A DNA stretch of 64,000 bases from Selaginella moellendorffii (Eukaryota; Plantae; Lycopodiophyta). This document shows positions 24,341-38,092 of this stretch, piece by piece. The stretch lies in the NCBI RefSeq assembly GCF_000143415.4, contig NW_003314303.1, forward strand, positions 372,460-436,459, read 5' to 3'. The notes under the pieces are model-generated. The model did not search any database. It had not been told where the DNA came from and saw only the letters and a program-made list of their open reading frames with translations. How positions within the stretch are numbered: position 1 is the stretch's first letter; each line of letters opens with the position of its first letter. A program made the position numbers and the translations under genes.

Positions 24341-24800
24341 GCTTGTCCAAATTTTTGTCGTCCAATTTGCCAGCCAAAACTTCTTCTCTTCTTTCAACTC
24401 GGCTCCCAGTAATGCCACAAAGATGCTCCAGGTCTGTGTAATCTTGCTCTCGTAAAAAGTTCCTCCATTTTTTGATGAAATTCTCGAAAAAAAACGTTCT
24501 CGATGCACTGCTCGCGCGCATAGCACCATGACTCATTAACTTAATCCGAGGAGCTTGATTACTTTAAAAAAACAGGCCTCCAGTCGGACGTTTGCCGCCC
24601 GTTTCCCGCCCGGAATTCAAACTCGTCGCTTTAATGAATGCCACGCTTTAAAAAGTGGAAAAAAAAAAGAGGTATCATCGAATATTCGCAGTTGACGGTC
24701 CCACTTAAGATGCCGCTCTTGCCAACGGCCAGGATGTTCTAGGCCCGGACATACGTTTGATTTTCTTCCGTGTGGGCTCTCACCAGTGGAGGAGCGCGCG

Positions 24801-25732
24801 ATGGCGGTGAAGAACTGGGTCTCGCGGCTGGACAGCAAGGGCAAGATCGTGTGCTCACTGGTGGTGGCGCTCAGTGTCTTCTCGGCGATTCTTGGCTTCT
24901 CGGCCGAGGGCGAGCGCGTCAGGGTATGTGTGATTCGATTTCTTCCCGTTCTTGCCCTATTCTCGCTCTTCCTCTCGATTCTTGGCTGGATTTCCTAGAA
25001 GCTGGGCTTTTCTCGATTGGATTCCAGTGCTAGGCGATGCATTCCTTCTCACGCTTGGAAATCTCTTTTCTTGTTCTTTCTTCCTTTTCTTGATACTCTC
25101 TACTAACGAAGACTTATTTGCCAAGCGAAGCCCGATGAGGTCCGTCGCGTCAATGGAGCGTGTACATATCCCAAGAGCTCGGCGTTGGGTCTTGGAATCA
25201 GCGCGGCGCTCTTCCTCCTCGCCGCCCAAGTCCTCGTTAACGTCTTTGGCGGCTGCATTTGCTGCGAGAGGAGATCGAGCTCCTCGTTCGTTTCCATGAT
25301 CCGGCTCGCAACTTTGAGCTTGATCGCCTCCTGGTAAGTCAAGCTTGGTTCTCTCCTTGGTTCCCTAGCTTATAACTTTGCTCGATCTTGGGTCTCTAGC
25401 TTATAACGTTTGCTCGATCTTCCAGGATCACTTTCTTCTTCGCTTTCATCCTGCTCGTCGTGGGAGCAAGCTTGAATCAGCGCCACCAGGACGATCACTG
25501 GTTCACTGGCCAGTGCTTCGTCGTCAAGCGTGGGGTGTTTGCCGGTGCCGCGGTGCTCTCGCTCGCGACTGGAGCTCTGGGAGTTCTCTACTACTTCGCC
25601 GCCTCCGAGACGAGGAAGCAGGACTGGCAAAGCCATCAACCGGGGGGTGTCACCATGGGCCAGTCGTATGGAGCTCACCAGTTTGGAAGCTACTCTCCAT
25701 ACCCACAAAGCAGCCAGTTCCCTTCCATTTGA
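24801..25732 (+). CDS. DUF1218 family membrane protein; exons 24801-24923, 25131-25333, 25426-25732
   Basis: SAILGFSAEGERV, CTYPKSSALGLGISAALFLLAAQVLVNVFGGCICC, WITFFFAF..G, CFVVKRGVFAGAAVL. Confidence 0.88.
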
Positions 25733-25919
25733 ATCAAGCTAAGTGGTTTCTTTCTCTTGGTACCATCTCTCTCGTAGAGCTTAAGAGCTTAGATTTCTTG
25801 TCTAGGTGCTCGCTTGAATAAGAGAGCGTTCTTCCCGAGTCTTAAGACTTACTCTTTACGATCTTACGTAGAAGATTTCTTGTCCTTGAAAGCAATCAAT
25901 AGAACTGGATTGTTTTGCT

Positions 25920-27501
25920 TCACGAGCAGCAGTATGGTTGTCTTCCAGGACTCGATGGAGCCATCGTTGGGCAAAGAGACGGACACATATTTTCTCCTAT
26001 CAAAGATCTTCCTGTGGAGAAGAAGTAAAGGAATTGTTCCCAGCTTATAGCACCGATTCCTATCAGACAGGCACCAAAACACTTGTTTAGATTTAAGAAA
26101 ATGGTTCTTTTCTTGTTCTTCACTCACCTGTGTTGTCAATCCGGTTGAAGACACTCTCGAAGGACTCTCGCCGGCCATCCTTGTTTCGTGCTCTGGACAG
26201 CTGCATGAAGGCAGCGATCTGCAGCACAGGAGAGATTCAAGTTTTTAGCACCGTTGGAGAGGAGATTTTTAGAGAGCATACAGACATCTTTGTCGCGTTT
26301 CATCGCCACCATGAGCTCGCCCTTGGTGATTTTACTGCAAGTTACTTCGAAATTTGAGGCGCTGTCCAAAAGTAAAGAAGATTACCCTGTGTTTTCAGAG
26401 TCGATCTTCGTGAACATGTCCAATAGCCTTTGGTACTCCTTCACCGAAATTCCCACCGCCGCCGCTTGTGTCCTGATGTAAGCAGCATCTCTTGCATTCT
26501 TGCTGGCTGCTCTTACAGCTCCAAACGCTGTTGTTAGCTGCTCCATCGCCCTGTTTACGCACTAAACTAAGCTTACTTCTGAGAATTATCATCCGAGATC
26601 GAAAGTTTTTCCTTACCTTGCGTGAAATGTCAATGCGCTGTGAAGGAATTGCTCGAGAAGTTGCTGCAGACTCCTCGCAAGTCAGCTCTCAAAATAGGAT
26701 GTACTTAATCCTCACCATGTAAGGCTCAAATGGATCACCAATGTCTCCCGGCCAGCGAGGGTGCCACCCTTCTGCGTGCGGCTTGAGCGGTATCTCACCT
26801 TTCCTCGCAGTCAAGAGATGTTGCATCGTTTCTGGTGGAAACATCTGGAAACGAAATGCACAAGTTAGACGCGCCTCGACTCTTTGATCTAAGCACTTAC
26901 AACTTACTCTGGGAACAACTCCGCGAGAGCCAAACTGCTGAATGGAAGCATCAAGAGCTACGTTGATCCTCTCTGCCTGCGATCAAGGAATGCTTCAAGG
27001 ACTTAAAGCCTTAGAAAAAAGAAGCTCAAGAAACTACCATAGCATTGCGCATCTCTTCAGCAGCTAGTATCGCCTCGGCAGCAGTGTAAAGGCTAGAGAC
27101 TTGTTCTTCTGTTTGAAACAAAGAGGAGAAAGATAAAAAATAGAAGAGAAGAGTTCCACAAGTCATGGAAGAAACGCTCAAACAGGCAAGAAATTCGTTA
27201 CCAGTTTGACCTTACGATTGCATTGATAAGCATCCATGCTGTTGCAAAGGTTGAGCTTCTGCTCCAGCCGGGCGCAGGACTGGATTGCCCGCGACACATT
27301 AATGTCGTAGCATTGGACACCTGATCAACAAAGAACACATAAGAAAACCGTAGAAAATCCCCCAAACTCACGCTTCATCTCCGTCGCCCATGTCTGCAGC
27401 GCATACCGGAGTTGCCGCACCTTGCTGCTCCTCTGGAACTGTGGATCTCGCCACACAGCGCAATCGGTGATGATGGCGCGCGCGAGCTCCTCGCACGCCA
27501 T
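25920..27501 (-). CDS. Multi-exon protein with N-terminal helical BAR-like (FAM92/CIBAR-like) region and a C-terminal EF-hand pair
   Basis: Spliced exons give LQQLLEQFLHSALTFHARAMEQLTTAF, then MFTKIDSENTGKITKGEL and VFNRIDNTGIGAISWEQF (two EF-hand loops). The central exon boundaries are uncertain. Confidence 0.6.
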
Positions 27502-28244
27502 AGCCGAGCCTTAGGGCTCAACTGAAACAGGCGGCAGTTCTCATTTTAAATGTCTCTTACACGTGTCACTCATCCACTGCGTTTTGCCAGCGTGGATGCT
27601 GACATGGATAGATTATACTTAAATAATGTATAATAACACCCTCAATCACATTTAGGCGCGCTCGCCAATCAATGCGAGCATAGGCATTATTATTCGATAT
27701 GTACCGTGACGCTGTCGACGATTCTGCCCGCGAGCTACTACGACCTACTGCGACCCTATCGAGAGAGTCTCTCGCGACAGCGATCGCGACACCTCTCTGG
27801 TGCGCTATCGATTCGATCGCTTTCGCCGCGACAGTGCCACTGCCCCTGCCCAAAAGCGCAAGCGCAATGCGCTGCCAGATAGCTGCTTAACAGGTACCAT
27901 GGACGCCGCTGGAAAGCGTGATTAGGAGTGGAAGAATCGAACCGCAAGTGTTCTTGACACCCCCGGCGTCGCAATCTTCGCAGGGAGCGCCAGGAGCGAT
28001 GGAATAAATGGCGGCATTCGCGCTGGGACTATCGCTGTTCATCGTCTAGGGCGCCGTGCGCGAGGAGCAAGAACCCTGGGGTTTTTGGCGCTGGAATGGC
28101 GCCTCGGCGATCAGGTAGCGAGCTCGCATCTCCTGCCTTTCCAGGATTTCAGGCTCACAATGCTCGCAGGTTTGGGATTCATCATCTATTGGAGTAGAGA
28201 TTCGATATTACGCCGCCTCTGATCGATCTCTATCGCCGTGAGCA

Positions 28245-31200
28245 ATGACGACGAGGCTACCGCGGACGTTCACCACCGGGACGTTCCCGACCGAATTCGA
28301 TAGCGAGGTCGTGCCATCGTCCTTGGGTCCTATCGCCGCCATACTCCGTGTTGCCAATGAGGTCGAGCAAGACAGCCAACGAGTGGCTTATCTTTGTAAG
28401 TTTTTGTATAGCGATTCTGGTCGGTTTCTTATCTATGTTCTTCTCGTGGATTGATAGGCCGCTTCTATGCTTTCGAGAGAGCTCACTATGATGATCCTTC
28501 TTCGAGTGGTCGAGGAGTCCGGCAGTTCAAGACGGCGCTTCTGCAGCGGCTGGAGAAGGTCTGGAGTTTATTTTTTTTTCGCTCTCTTGGTGTTCTTATT
28601 TCTTTTGGGCAGGATGAGGAGCCCTCCAGGCTTGCGAGGCGTGAAAGAAGCGATGCGCGAGAGATGCAGCGCTTCTACCAAAACTATTACGACAAATACG
28701 TCAAGGCTTTGGAGGCCGACCATCAGGACAGGTCTCATAGCCATGAATTTGAATGTAAAGCTTCACTGTGATTTGGATTAACAGGGCGTCGCTTGCGAAA
28801 GCTTATCAGACAGCTGGTATTTTGTTTGACGTACTCACGTCTGTGACACGGCAAGACGGAGCGGAAGTGGATTCTGAAGTATAGTTTCTTTTCGTTGTTT
28901 ATGTTCTCGCAAAATAGTTTTTCTTACAACAATATTTTGTGCAGATGCAAGCTATGAACACTGATGTGACCAAGAAGAAAAAGGACATCAAGCACTACAA
29001 CATCCTTCCGCTTGATGCCGCCGGCGCGTCCCAAGCCATCATGAAACTAGAAGAGGTACGTTTACCTTGTTCGCTAGTCGGGTTTTCCAATTTATGGTTT
29101 ACAGGTCCGGGCTGCTCATGATGCAATAGCGAACGTTCGTGGTTTGCCAAAGAGAAAGGAAGCACCCTCAGACATTCTCGAGTGGCTTCAAGTGATGTTC
29201 GGTTTCCAGGTGTGTTTTTGTTGTTCCGATTTCTCTCAGTTTCAACGATGAATTTCAGAAGGATAATGTCGCAAATCAACGAGAGCATTTGATATTGCTC
29301 CTTGCAAATGTCCATGTTTCTTTAGACCCAGAGCCGTCACCACTGTATAAGGTTTGTTGTATGGCTACGAAATAATATTTGACAAGTTTTTTTTGTTTTA
29401 AACAGTTGGATCAGCGTGCAACAGAGATTGTCATGAAACGAATGTTCAAAAACTATAGAACATGGTGCAAGTTTCTGGGGCGCTCAGACAAACTAGAGTA
29501 TACTGCTCTACTTTTTACTAGGTGCATGGTTCTGATCTCACACAACGTTACAGGCTTCCTGAGATACAATTAGAGGTGCAGCAGCGGATGATCTTGTACA
29601 TGGCATTATACCTTTTAATATGGGGGGAAGCTGCAAACGTTCGATTTATGCCCGAGTGTTTGTGTTACATTTTTCATCATGTGAGTGAACTTCGTATATC
29701 CGTACGGATGTTAACCAAGTTTAAGCTTGCAGATGGCGTCTGAGTTGTCGGGAATGCTTTCTGGGAGAGTTAGCTATGTCACTGGCGAGAATATAAAACC
29801 AGCCTATGGGAGCGAGGACGAGGCTTTCCTTAAAAAAGTCGTGACACCTATTTACAATGTGATTTTCAAGGTATGTGAGCTTTGGTTTTTCTACTGCTCA
29901 TGACGTATCTGCAGGAGAAAGAGAGTAACAGAAACGAAAGTGGCGGCAAGCCGCATTCTTCTTGGCGAAATTATGATGATTTGAACGAATACTTCTGGTT
30001 TGTACATAGACACCCTCTTGGAAGTTCTAACAACTCAACGTGCAGGTCTAAAACGTGCTTCCGTTTGGGCTGGCCTATGAGAAAAGATGATGAATTTTTT
30101 GTTGGAGCGGCCGAAGAAGCACATAGCAGGTCTTCAAAGGTATTTTCATACTTCATTATCTTAAAAGGCCTACTGTTTGTTTTTTACAGTTAGCAAGATT
30201 TTTACCTCGAAAACCAAGTTGCTTAAAGACAAATTTTGTAGAAGCTAGATCGTTTTGGCATTTATTCAGAACCTTTGATCGCATGTGGACGTTTTTTATC
30301 CTCTGGCTTCAGGTGAAATCTCGTTTTGATTGGCCTTTTTAAAACATTGTTTGTTGCTTTCACAGGCGATGATTATCATTGCTTGGAATGGATCTGGCTC
30401 TCTAGGGGCGTTGTTTGAAGGTTCAGTGTTTAAGAAGGTTCTTTCTGTCTTCATCACGGCTGCTGTTCTCCGGTTCTTTCAAGGTAACTTCTGATGTGTT
30501 TCATAACCAGGTACTAACACTTTGGAAACAGCTCTCCTTGATATAATATTCTCCTTCAAAGCACTCCATAGTCTCGGATATGTTGGTTCGATTAGGCTTG
30601 TATTGAAAGTTCTGGTTTCTGCTTTTTGGATCGTTATCCTTTCGACCAGCTACGTCCACTCCTGGGAACATCCAACAGGACTGACGAGAACCATTAAAAA
30701 TTTGCTGGGACATAATGGGGGGCCTTCCGTGTACTTGGTAGCTGTGATCCTGTATCTCGTACCAAATGCCATCGCAGCTATTTTTTTCTTGTTACCATGC
30801 GTGAGGCGAGTTGCAGAAGAATCAGATGCAATTCCCGTCAGAATTCTTCTTTGGTGGTCTCAGGTAAGTTTCTTTTTTGTACACCTTATAGCTTCGTTTG
30901 TTTCTATGTTTTTTTTTCTTGCGACAGCCACCGTGCTACATTGGTCGAGGGATGCATGAGGAGCCTTTGCATCTTTTCAGGTAAAGATCTTTGACTATTC
31001 TTTGGCATTTGCTAATATGTTTGTTTTCAGCTACACGTTTTTTTGGATAGTACTCATAACCTGCAAGTTGTTATTTAGCTATTACGTGGAGGTAATCAAA
31101 TTGCAGATTTTTCTTCTTGCTTTTTACTGTTTTTATAGATCAAGCCTCTTGTGGAGCCTACAAAATTTATTCTAGATTTTACTAACGTTAGATTTGCGTG

Positions 31201-34200
31201 GCACGAGTTCTTTCCTCATGGTAATCTTAGCGCAAGGCGTATTTGATTTTTGCACTCACTCGTTATTTCAGCAAGAGGGAACATTGGCGTCTTGATTGCA
31301 CTGTGGACACCGGTTATTCTTGTAAGTTGTGCTTTATCTCATTTTCTTTATTTAATTTTGCACATTCTTCATGCAGGTGTATTTTATGGATATTCAGATT
31401 TGGTATTCTATTATGTCGACAATTTGGGGAGGTGTTGTTGGAGCATTCATGCGACTTGGAGAGGTAAACGTGATGTCCACAAGCACGAAAGTGAATGCAT
31501 TTTTGTCACAGATAAGAACTTTAAGTATGCTGCGATCAAGATTTCGTGCTTTGCCAACAACTTTCAACTGGAATCTGATACCTTTAGAGAGCTCGGTTAA
31601 AAGAAAATATCAGATTCTAAGGAAGTTTAAGGCTGTACGTAAAATCGCTAACCGTGCCCTTTCCAAGCTATTATTTAATCTTTCTCTCACTCAATCTCTT
31701 GCAGTTTGAGCATAACAAGTTGGAAGAAGCAAGATTTGCTCACCTCTGGAACGCTGTTATTGAGTCTTTACGCGAAGAAGATTTTTTAGATGACAAGTAA
31801 GTACTTCTATTTGTTATTTGTTCACTTGTGATTGGCCATTTCTATAGAGAAAAGGAGTTGATGCTACTGCCTTACTCAGCAGATCCATATCCGAGTAACA
31901 ATATTATTCAATGGCCGCCATTTTTACTGGCTAGTATGGTCTGTCTCCTTTTTGTCGTTTCCAGCTCGGAACTTACAGTTTTTCCTTAGGCACCTATGGC
32001 TATAGAAATGGCCAAAGAGTATGCTGAAGTGCAAGGGGAAAATGTGGAAGACGCTCGTCTTTGGAACAAAATCAAAGAAAATGAGTACATGCGCTGTGCT
32101 GTGGAAGAATGTTACGAGTTTCTTAAAAACATTCTGTTGCGCGTTGTAACTGGGGACACGGAGAAAAGGTGAGTTACCGGTTTGGCAATTTTTATGTTGA
32201 ATGCTCTGGCTACAGGCTTATCCATGATTTGCTGAAAGAACTGGAGGATAGGAAGGCCGAGGGCAAGCTCCTGGAGAATTTTCGTATGAATGACCTTCCT
32301 TTACTGGCTGGCCATTTTGTTCGTTTCCTCGAATTTCTGGTGAGGAAATGGATGGTTATGCTGCTCATACTTTGTGATTTTCGTACAGGACAAGCCGGAC
32401 CCTTCAGACACTGCACGGGACAAAGTTGTTCTCCTTCTACAAGATATGCTAGAAGTTTTTATGCATGACATGATGGTCGATGATACGAGGTAGAAAGTGT
32501 AACATTTAGAATTTTACTGCATTTTTACTTTTGTTTTTTTTTTCTTTAGAGAGAAGTTTGAGTCCAGTCATGGACTGAACATGAAACCCACCGACAACCA
32601 GTCTGTCATGGGTGGCAAAGGAAAGATACAATTTTTTGCCGGGAAAGATTCCATTTTGTATCCTCTACCTGAGGACCATGCCTGGAGTGAGCAGGTAACT
32701 TCTTTCGTTTTTGTTTCTGCTATAACCTCAGCTTTTTCTTCTACCAGATAAAGCGCGTATTGTTGCTCCTTACTGAAACAGAATCCGCTATGGATGTTCC
32801 TAAAAATCTGGACGCTCGTCGACGAATAACCTTTTTCACCAACTCGTTATTTATGAAAATGCCTCCTGCACCTCGTGTTCGAAAGATGATTCCCTTCAGG
32901 TAATTCACAGTTCCATAAAATGATGTTCTTTTGACCACATTCTCTTAGTGTTTTGACCCCATTCTACGAAGAGGAGGTTCTTTATTCAAAGAATGTCATA
33001 GAGGAACCAAATGAAGACGGCGTGTCCATACTTTTCTATTTGCAAAACGTTTATCCAGGTTTCTCTTCCATAACTCTGGGCATGTTTGGGTCCTAACATA
33101 GTCCTGCAGATGAATGGAATAAGTTCCTTGAAAGAGTTAACTGTAGTACCGAGGAGGAAGTAGAAGAAGCTGCGCTTCGTGATTGGACGTCATATCGGGG
33201 ACAAACTCTCTCGCGGACTGGTACGATTTACCTGCAATCTTTTGTGTTCTGATGGTGCTTGTAGTGAGGGGGATGATGTACTACCGAACTGCACTGGAAC
33301 TGCAAGCTTTTTTAGATTTAGCCCCTGACGAAGGTTGGTCTACTACATGTATAGAGATAATTCTAACATTTTTACCTTCGTTTCTAGATGTTTATACGGG
33401 CTTCAAAGAAGTGTCTAAGCGTCGAAAGGAAGAAAAAGGACAAGATTCTTTCTGGGCAAAGCTGGATGCTATCGTTGACATGAAATTCACTTTTGTTGCA
33501 ACCTGCCAAAAGTTTGGTCAGCAGAAGCACTCGAAAGACCTGAAGGAGGCGTCAAAAGCTCAGGACATACAGAAACTAATGACGAAGTATAGATCAGGTT
33601 TTTCCTTGCAATCTGGTGTTTAAAGGAAAGCTTTTGCAGGTATCCTTCACTGAGGGTTGCTTATGTGCTTGAAGAAGAACCATCGAAGGGTAAACCGCAA
33701 AAGTCGTATTATTCTGTTCTGTCCAAGGCTGTGGATGGCCGGGATGAGGTATAATTTGTCATGACTAGCATTTCTTGTATGTTGTTTCTTCACCATTGTT
33801 TTCCATCGCAGGAAATATATAAGATAAGACTTCCTGGGCCTGTCAATATTGGAGAAGGCAAACCTGAAAATCAAAATCATGCCATCATTTTTACCCGTGG
33901 TCTGGGTTTGCAAACTATTGACATGAACCAGGTATATTTTACTCACTGCAAATACTTGAGCTCCCGCTGTTTATCAGGAAAACTACCTTGAAGAGGCTTT
34001 CAAAGTACGCAATCTTTTGGAGGAATTCAAGAGTAGGCATGGAGCTAGATTCCCTACCATTCTAGGTGTGCGAGAGCACATTTTCACCGGAAGGTACCAT
34101 TTTGAATTCGATATTAACTTTCTAGACGTATTGTGCATTGCAGTGTGTCTTCTTTGGCATGGTTCATGTCAAATCAAGAAACAAGTTTTGTTACCATAGG

Positions 34201-36161
34201 ACAGCGCGTCCTTGCTACTCCTCTAAAGTACGTGTATACCTTTAGAAGACCTTGATTCTAACTTCGGAATACATTCTTTACAGAGTACGTTTCCACTATG
34301 GTCATCCAGATGTGTTTGATAGAATTTTTCACATTACAAGAGGAGGAGTTAGTAAAGCTTCGAAGGGGATCAATTTGAGCGAGGATATTTTTGCCGGTAA
34401 TGTTCCATTGAAATCGAAACCAAAGCTGACTGTTGCGGAGACAGGTTTTAACTCGACTCTACGCCGTGGACTTGTTACGCACCACGAATACATTCAAGTG
34501 GGGAAGGGTCGTGACGTAGGTCTGAATCAAATATCAATATTCGAGGCAAAAGTGGCAAACGGGAACGGTGAACAGACTTTAAGTAGGGATGTCTATCGCT
34601 TGGGCCACCGCTTTGATTTCTTCCGAATGCTTTCCTTCTACATTACAACAGTGGGATATTACTTCAGCACCATGGTACTGCTTAACCTTCACTCTTCTCC
34701 GTTCTAATAAGTGGTTTCTCATTTCTCAGATAGTCATTCTTACAGTATACGTCTTCTTGTACGGGCGACTCTACTTAGCACTCAGTGGACTGGAGAGGTC
34801 TTTTGTCAGGGCAGCACAACAAAACACTGATAGTGCACTCCAATCAGCTTTGGCTTCGCAGTCGTTGATTCAGCTGGGTCTATTGATGGCTCTACCCATG
34901 GTGATGGAAATTGGACTCGAGAGGGGATTCCGTATGGCACTCAGCGACTTGATTGTCATGCAGCTACAGCTCGCCTCGGTCTTCTTCACATTCACTCTGG
35001 GCTCCAAAGTTCACTACTATGGACGTACCATCTTTCACGGGGGTGCCAAGTACAGAGCAACAGGTCGCGGGTTCGTGGTGAGGCACGAAAAGTTCCCTGA
35101 TAACTACAGGCTCTACTCAAGAAGTCACTTCGTCAAAGGCTTCGAGCTGATGATCCTGCTCATTATATACGACGTTTACGGATCGCAGACAAGGAATGCC
35201 GTCTCGTACGTCCTCATCACATTCTCCATGTGGTTCCTGGTGGGAACGTGGCTGTTTTCCCCTTTCCTCTTCAATCCATCGGGCTTCGAGTGGCAAAAAA
35301 TCGTTGAAGATTGGAACGATTGGAACAAGTGGATATCCAGTAAGGGAAGGATTGGAGTTCCTGCCAACAAAAGTTGGGAGTCCTGGTGGGAAGAAGAGCA
35401 AGATCACCTTCAGAATACAGGTTTTCGCGGCCGTGTCTTTGAAGTGATCCTTGCTCTGAGATTCGTCCTCTACCAATATGGTATTGTCTACCAGTTGAAC
35501 ATCATGCGGGGAAACAAGAGCCTTTCCGTAAGTAAAAGCTGGCCTTTTGATACACTGTCCTGTTCTTACAGTTATATGTTTTTTGCAGATGTATGGTCTA
35601 TCCTGGGTTGTTATTTGCGTCGTTCTATTCACATTGAAGGTACGCACAGGCTTCGACTTCACTTTTCTGATTGGACTGTGTTTGCAGGCCGTTTCTCTGG
35701 GACGAAAGAAATTCAAGGCCAATTTCCAGCTCGTCTTTAGGATGTTGAAGGGAGTCATATTCGTAGCGGTCCTCTCAGTAATCGCTGTGCTTTTCCGCTT
35801 TGCTCACCTGACAGTAGGAGACCTGTTCGCCAGCATTCTCGCGTTCGTTCCCACAGGCTGGGGTTTACTTCAGGTTGGTAACTACATTTCCTTGGATTGG
35901 TTTTGATAAACGTGTCTACAGATATTTCAAGCATGCAGGCCTGTTATCGTCACGTATGGGATGTGGGACTCGGTACAGGCTCTTGCACGAACGTACGAAT
36001 ACGTCATGGGGCTGTTGCTCTTTGCGCCTGTTGCGATCCTAGCTTGGTTTCCATTCGTGTCCGAGTTCCAGACAAGGCTTCTCTTCAACCAGGCCTTCAG
36101 CCGTGGACTGCAAATATCCAGAATTCTGGCTGGTAAACGGAAGAAGGTGGCCGACGACTAG
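28245..36161 (+). CDS. CalS: Callose synthase (1,3-beta-glucan synthase, GSL/CalS), about 40 short introns
   Basis: FDSEVVPSSL, LLIWGEAANVRFMPECLCYIFHH, WRNYDDLNEYFW, GEGKPENQNHAIIFTRG, HYGHPDVFDR, INLSEDIFAG, QVGKGRDVG, FQTRLLFNQAFSRGL. A further upstream ATG at 28096 is possible. Confidence 0.96.
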
Positions 36162-36170
36162 TACAGGTGA

Positions 36171-36301
36171 GCTAGATCGCAGGTCCAGGTATAACAACTA
36201 TGGAGGATCTTAAGCGATATACTTAGTTTGAAGACTTGAGGTTATTAAACGTCGGGGCTAGATCGCGTCCAGGTATAACATTATGGAGGATCTTAAGCGA
36301 T
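36171..36301 (+). repeat. About 46-bp imperfect direct repeat just 3' of CalS
   Basis: GCTAGATCGC..GTCCAGGTATAACA..TATGGAGGATCTTAAGCGAT at 36171-36218 and 36257-36301. Confidence 0.85.
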
Positions 36302-36921
36302 CTAGATGGTAGGCCGGGTGGGCTTCTCGACACGAGGAAATTAAACGTCCAAGTGACGTGGACTGGGAGTTTTTTGGAGGAGAGACGTGTCCAGAGCGTC
36401 AGAACATCAGAGGGTGTCCGTCCAGAACATCAGATCGTCAGAGCACCATGGTCTCTGGCAAGCAAGCCAGAGGGAACCGGACGGTGTCGTCAAGGACAAT
36501 GAGGGTGGCTGTGACGCAAGCAAGAGCAAAAGCGACTCCAAAGTTGCAGGTAAGCTGCTTCAGCCGGAAGACGATCCGGAGGAGACGTTTGCTGACTTGC
36601 AAGGTTTGGAAAAACAGGTAGAAGCTCACAAGCGCGAGGGGAAGGCAACCAAGCGGCCGAGGACTTATGCTCCAGATTTCGACGGAGAGCACAACCATTA
36701 CCACCCGAGGTTCTTCCTGGCGCCACCGCGGCCGGCATACCAGCCCCTCGTTGATGAGGAGCGTGTCCGGCTATAGCCAGACCCCAAACGTGCGGCTTCC
36801 GGAGTCTAGGCCTGGTCTTTTGCGCCAAGACCCCATTGCTCGGTCTAGTCTCGTTCACAAGCTCGTCTTTGTAAGGCTTTGGTTCTCAATACAAGCGAGA
36901 GGGAGAGTGAGTTTTGGTATC

Positions 36922-37309
36922 ATGGAGAACAGTGTGGCGCTCAAGTGTAAGCTACCTGCGGTTTTGGCGAGCTCGAAAGCTCCAAGGGTGGCGGCGTCGC
37001 GAGTGAATCCAAGCGTCCAGCGAGTGAAACCAAGCGTCCAGCAGAGACGAAAGGGGTAAGTAACGTTTCTTTTCGTTTCTTTTTCCTTTCGTGGCTATGG
37101 AAGTCATGGACTTCGTGATGTCCAGGAGAAGGCACTGTAACATCTGTGGCAATGGGAAGATCGTTCCTTGTGGCAAATGTAGAGGAAGAGGCGAGTCCAA
37201 CACACCATATCTCCCATTCTCGGTCGACCCGGTCAAGAAGCCATGCCCGGCTTGTCAGGGGAGAGGATGGTTTCCATGCCCGGACTGTCATCCTCCTCCA
37301 AGCCAGTAA
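36922..37309 (+). CDS. Small DnaJ-type cysteine-rich zinc-finger protein with transit-like N-terminus; exons 36922-37055 and 37126-37309
   Basis: In-frame splice gives CNICGNGK, CGKCRGRG, CPACQGRG, CPDC (four CxxC motifs, two of them full CxxCxGxG) after a basic Ser/Ala-rich leader. Confidence 0.75.
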
Positions 37310-37409
37310 AAAAAAGAGATTTTCCAAAGGAGCACACATAAAACCAATTTCTTCCTTGTTTTCCAGGCAAGATTTGATCGTCAACCACAACCAGCTCAAG
37401 TCCTAGCCT

Positions 37410-38030
37410 GTACACAGTGCTGCCTGTACAGCCTGTGCGCGGAAATCCGCCTCTCGGGATCCATAGCCGCGCTCCACCAGAGCCTTCGCGGTCTGGAGCA
37501 CGAAGTGCCGCATTCTCAAGTCAGGATGGTAATATCCTTTCCCGGACGAATTCGTTCGACGGCTTTTTCGAGGCAAAGCACGTACTCCTCATCGGGAATT
37601 CTCTCCTTGAGATCGTGACGTGCTCGTAGAGGATAAGCGGGTTGTCACTGATCCCGGTGGCGTGCGAAAGCAGCTTGACTTCCGGGCTTGCAAATGGTGG
37701 CGTGCTCCACTCCTTACAACGCAACTGGCCACCCGAGGTGTAGCATCCCCACGCTGTTGGAGATCTGGTTGTAAGCCAGCAGCAAGAATCCCATGTTCAT
37801 GCCTTCCACCACTATCCGGAAACCCGTCATGGCAGCGCCGATTCCCATCGCCGTGAAGGCGTTCTCGCAAATCGGCGTGTCCAGGACGCGCAAGTCGCCA
37901 AACTGAGCCTCCGTAGTGGCCGACGTCCTCTCCCATGACGCACACTGTGGGATCTCTCGCCATCTCCTCGAGACCTTCGCGGGCATCGAAGAGCAAGATG
38001 CCGTGCCTGGATACAGATGTGATCAACCTC
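37410..38030 (-). pseudogene. Pyruvate dehydrogenase E1-beta pseudogene with many internal deletions
   Basis: [34 protein letters not shown] and [23 protein letters not shown], collinear with 38740-39721 but frameshifted. Confidence 0.9.
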
Positions 38031-38092
38031 GCAAAGAAAAGATTTGCGTTGGCTACAACTGTGAAAGTTTTTGCAACCTGGTGTACACTGCC

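Noticed and set aside
36387-36776. 129-aa ORF downstream of CalS
   Set aside because: No recognisable domain or clear start context; cannot be supported as a gene.
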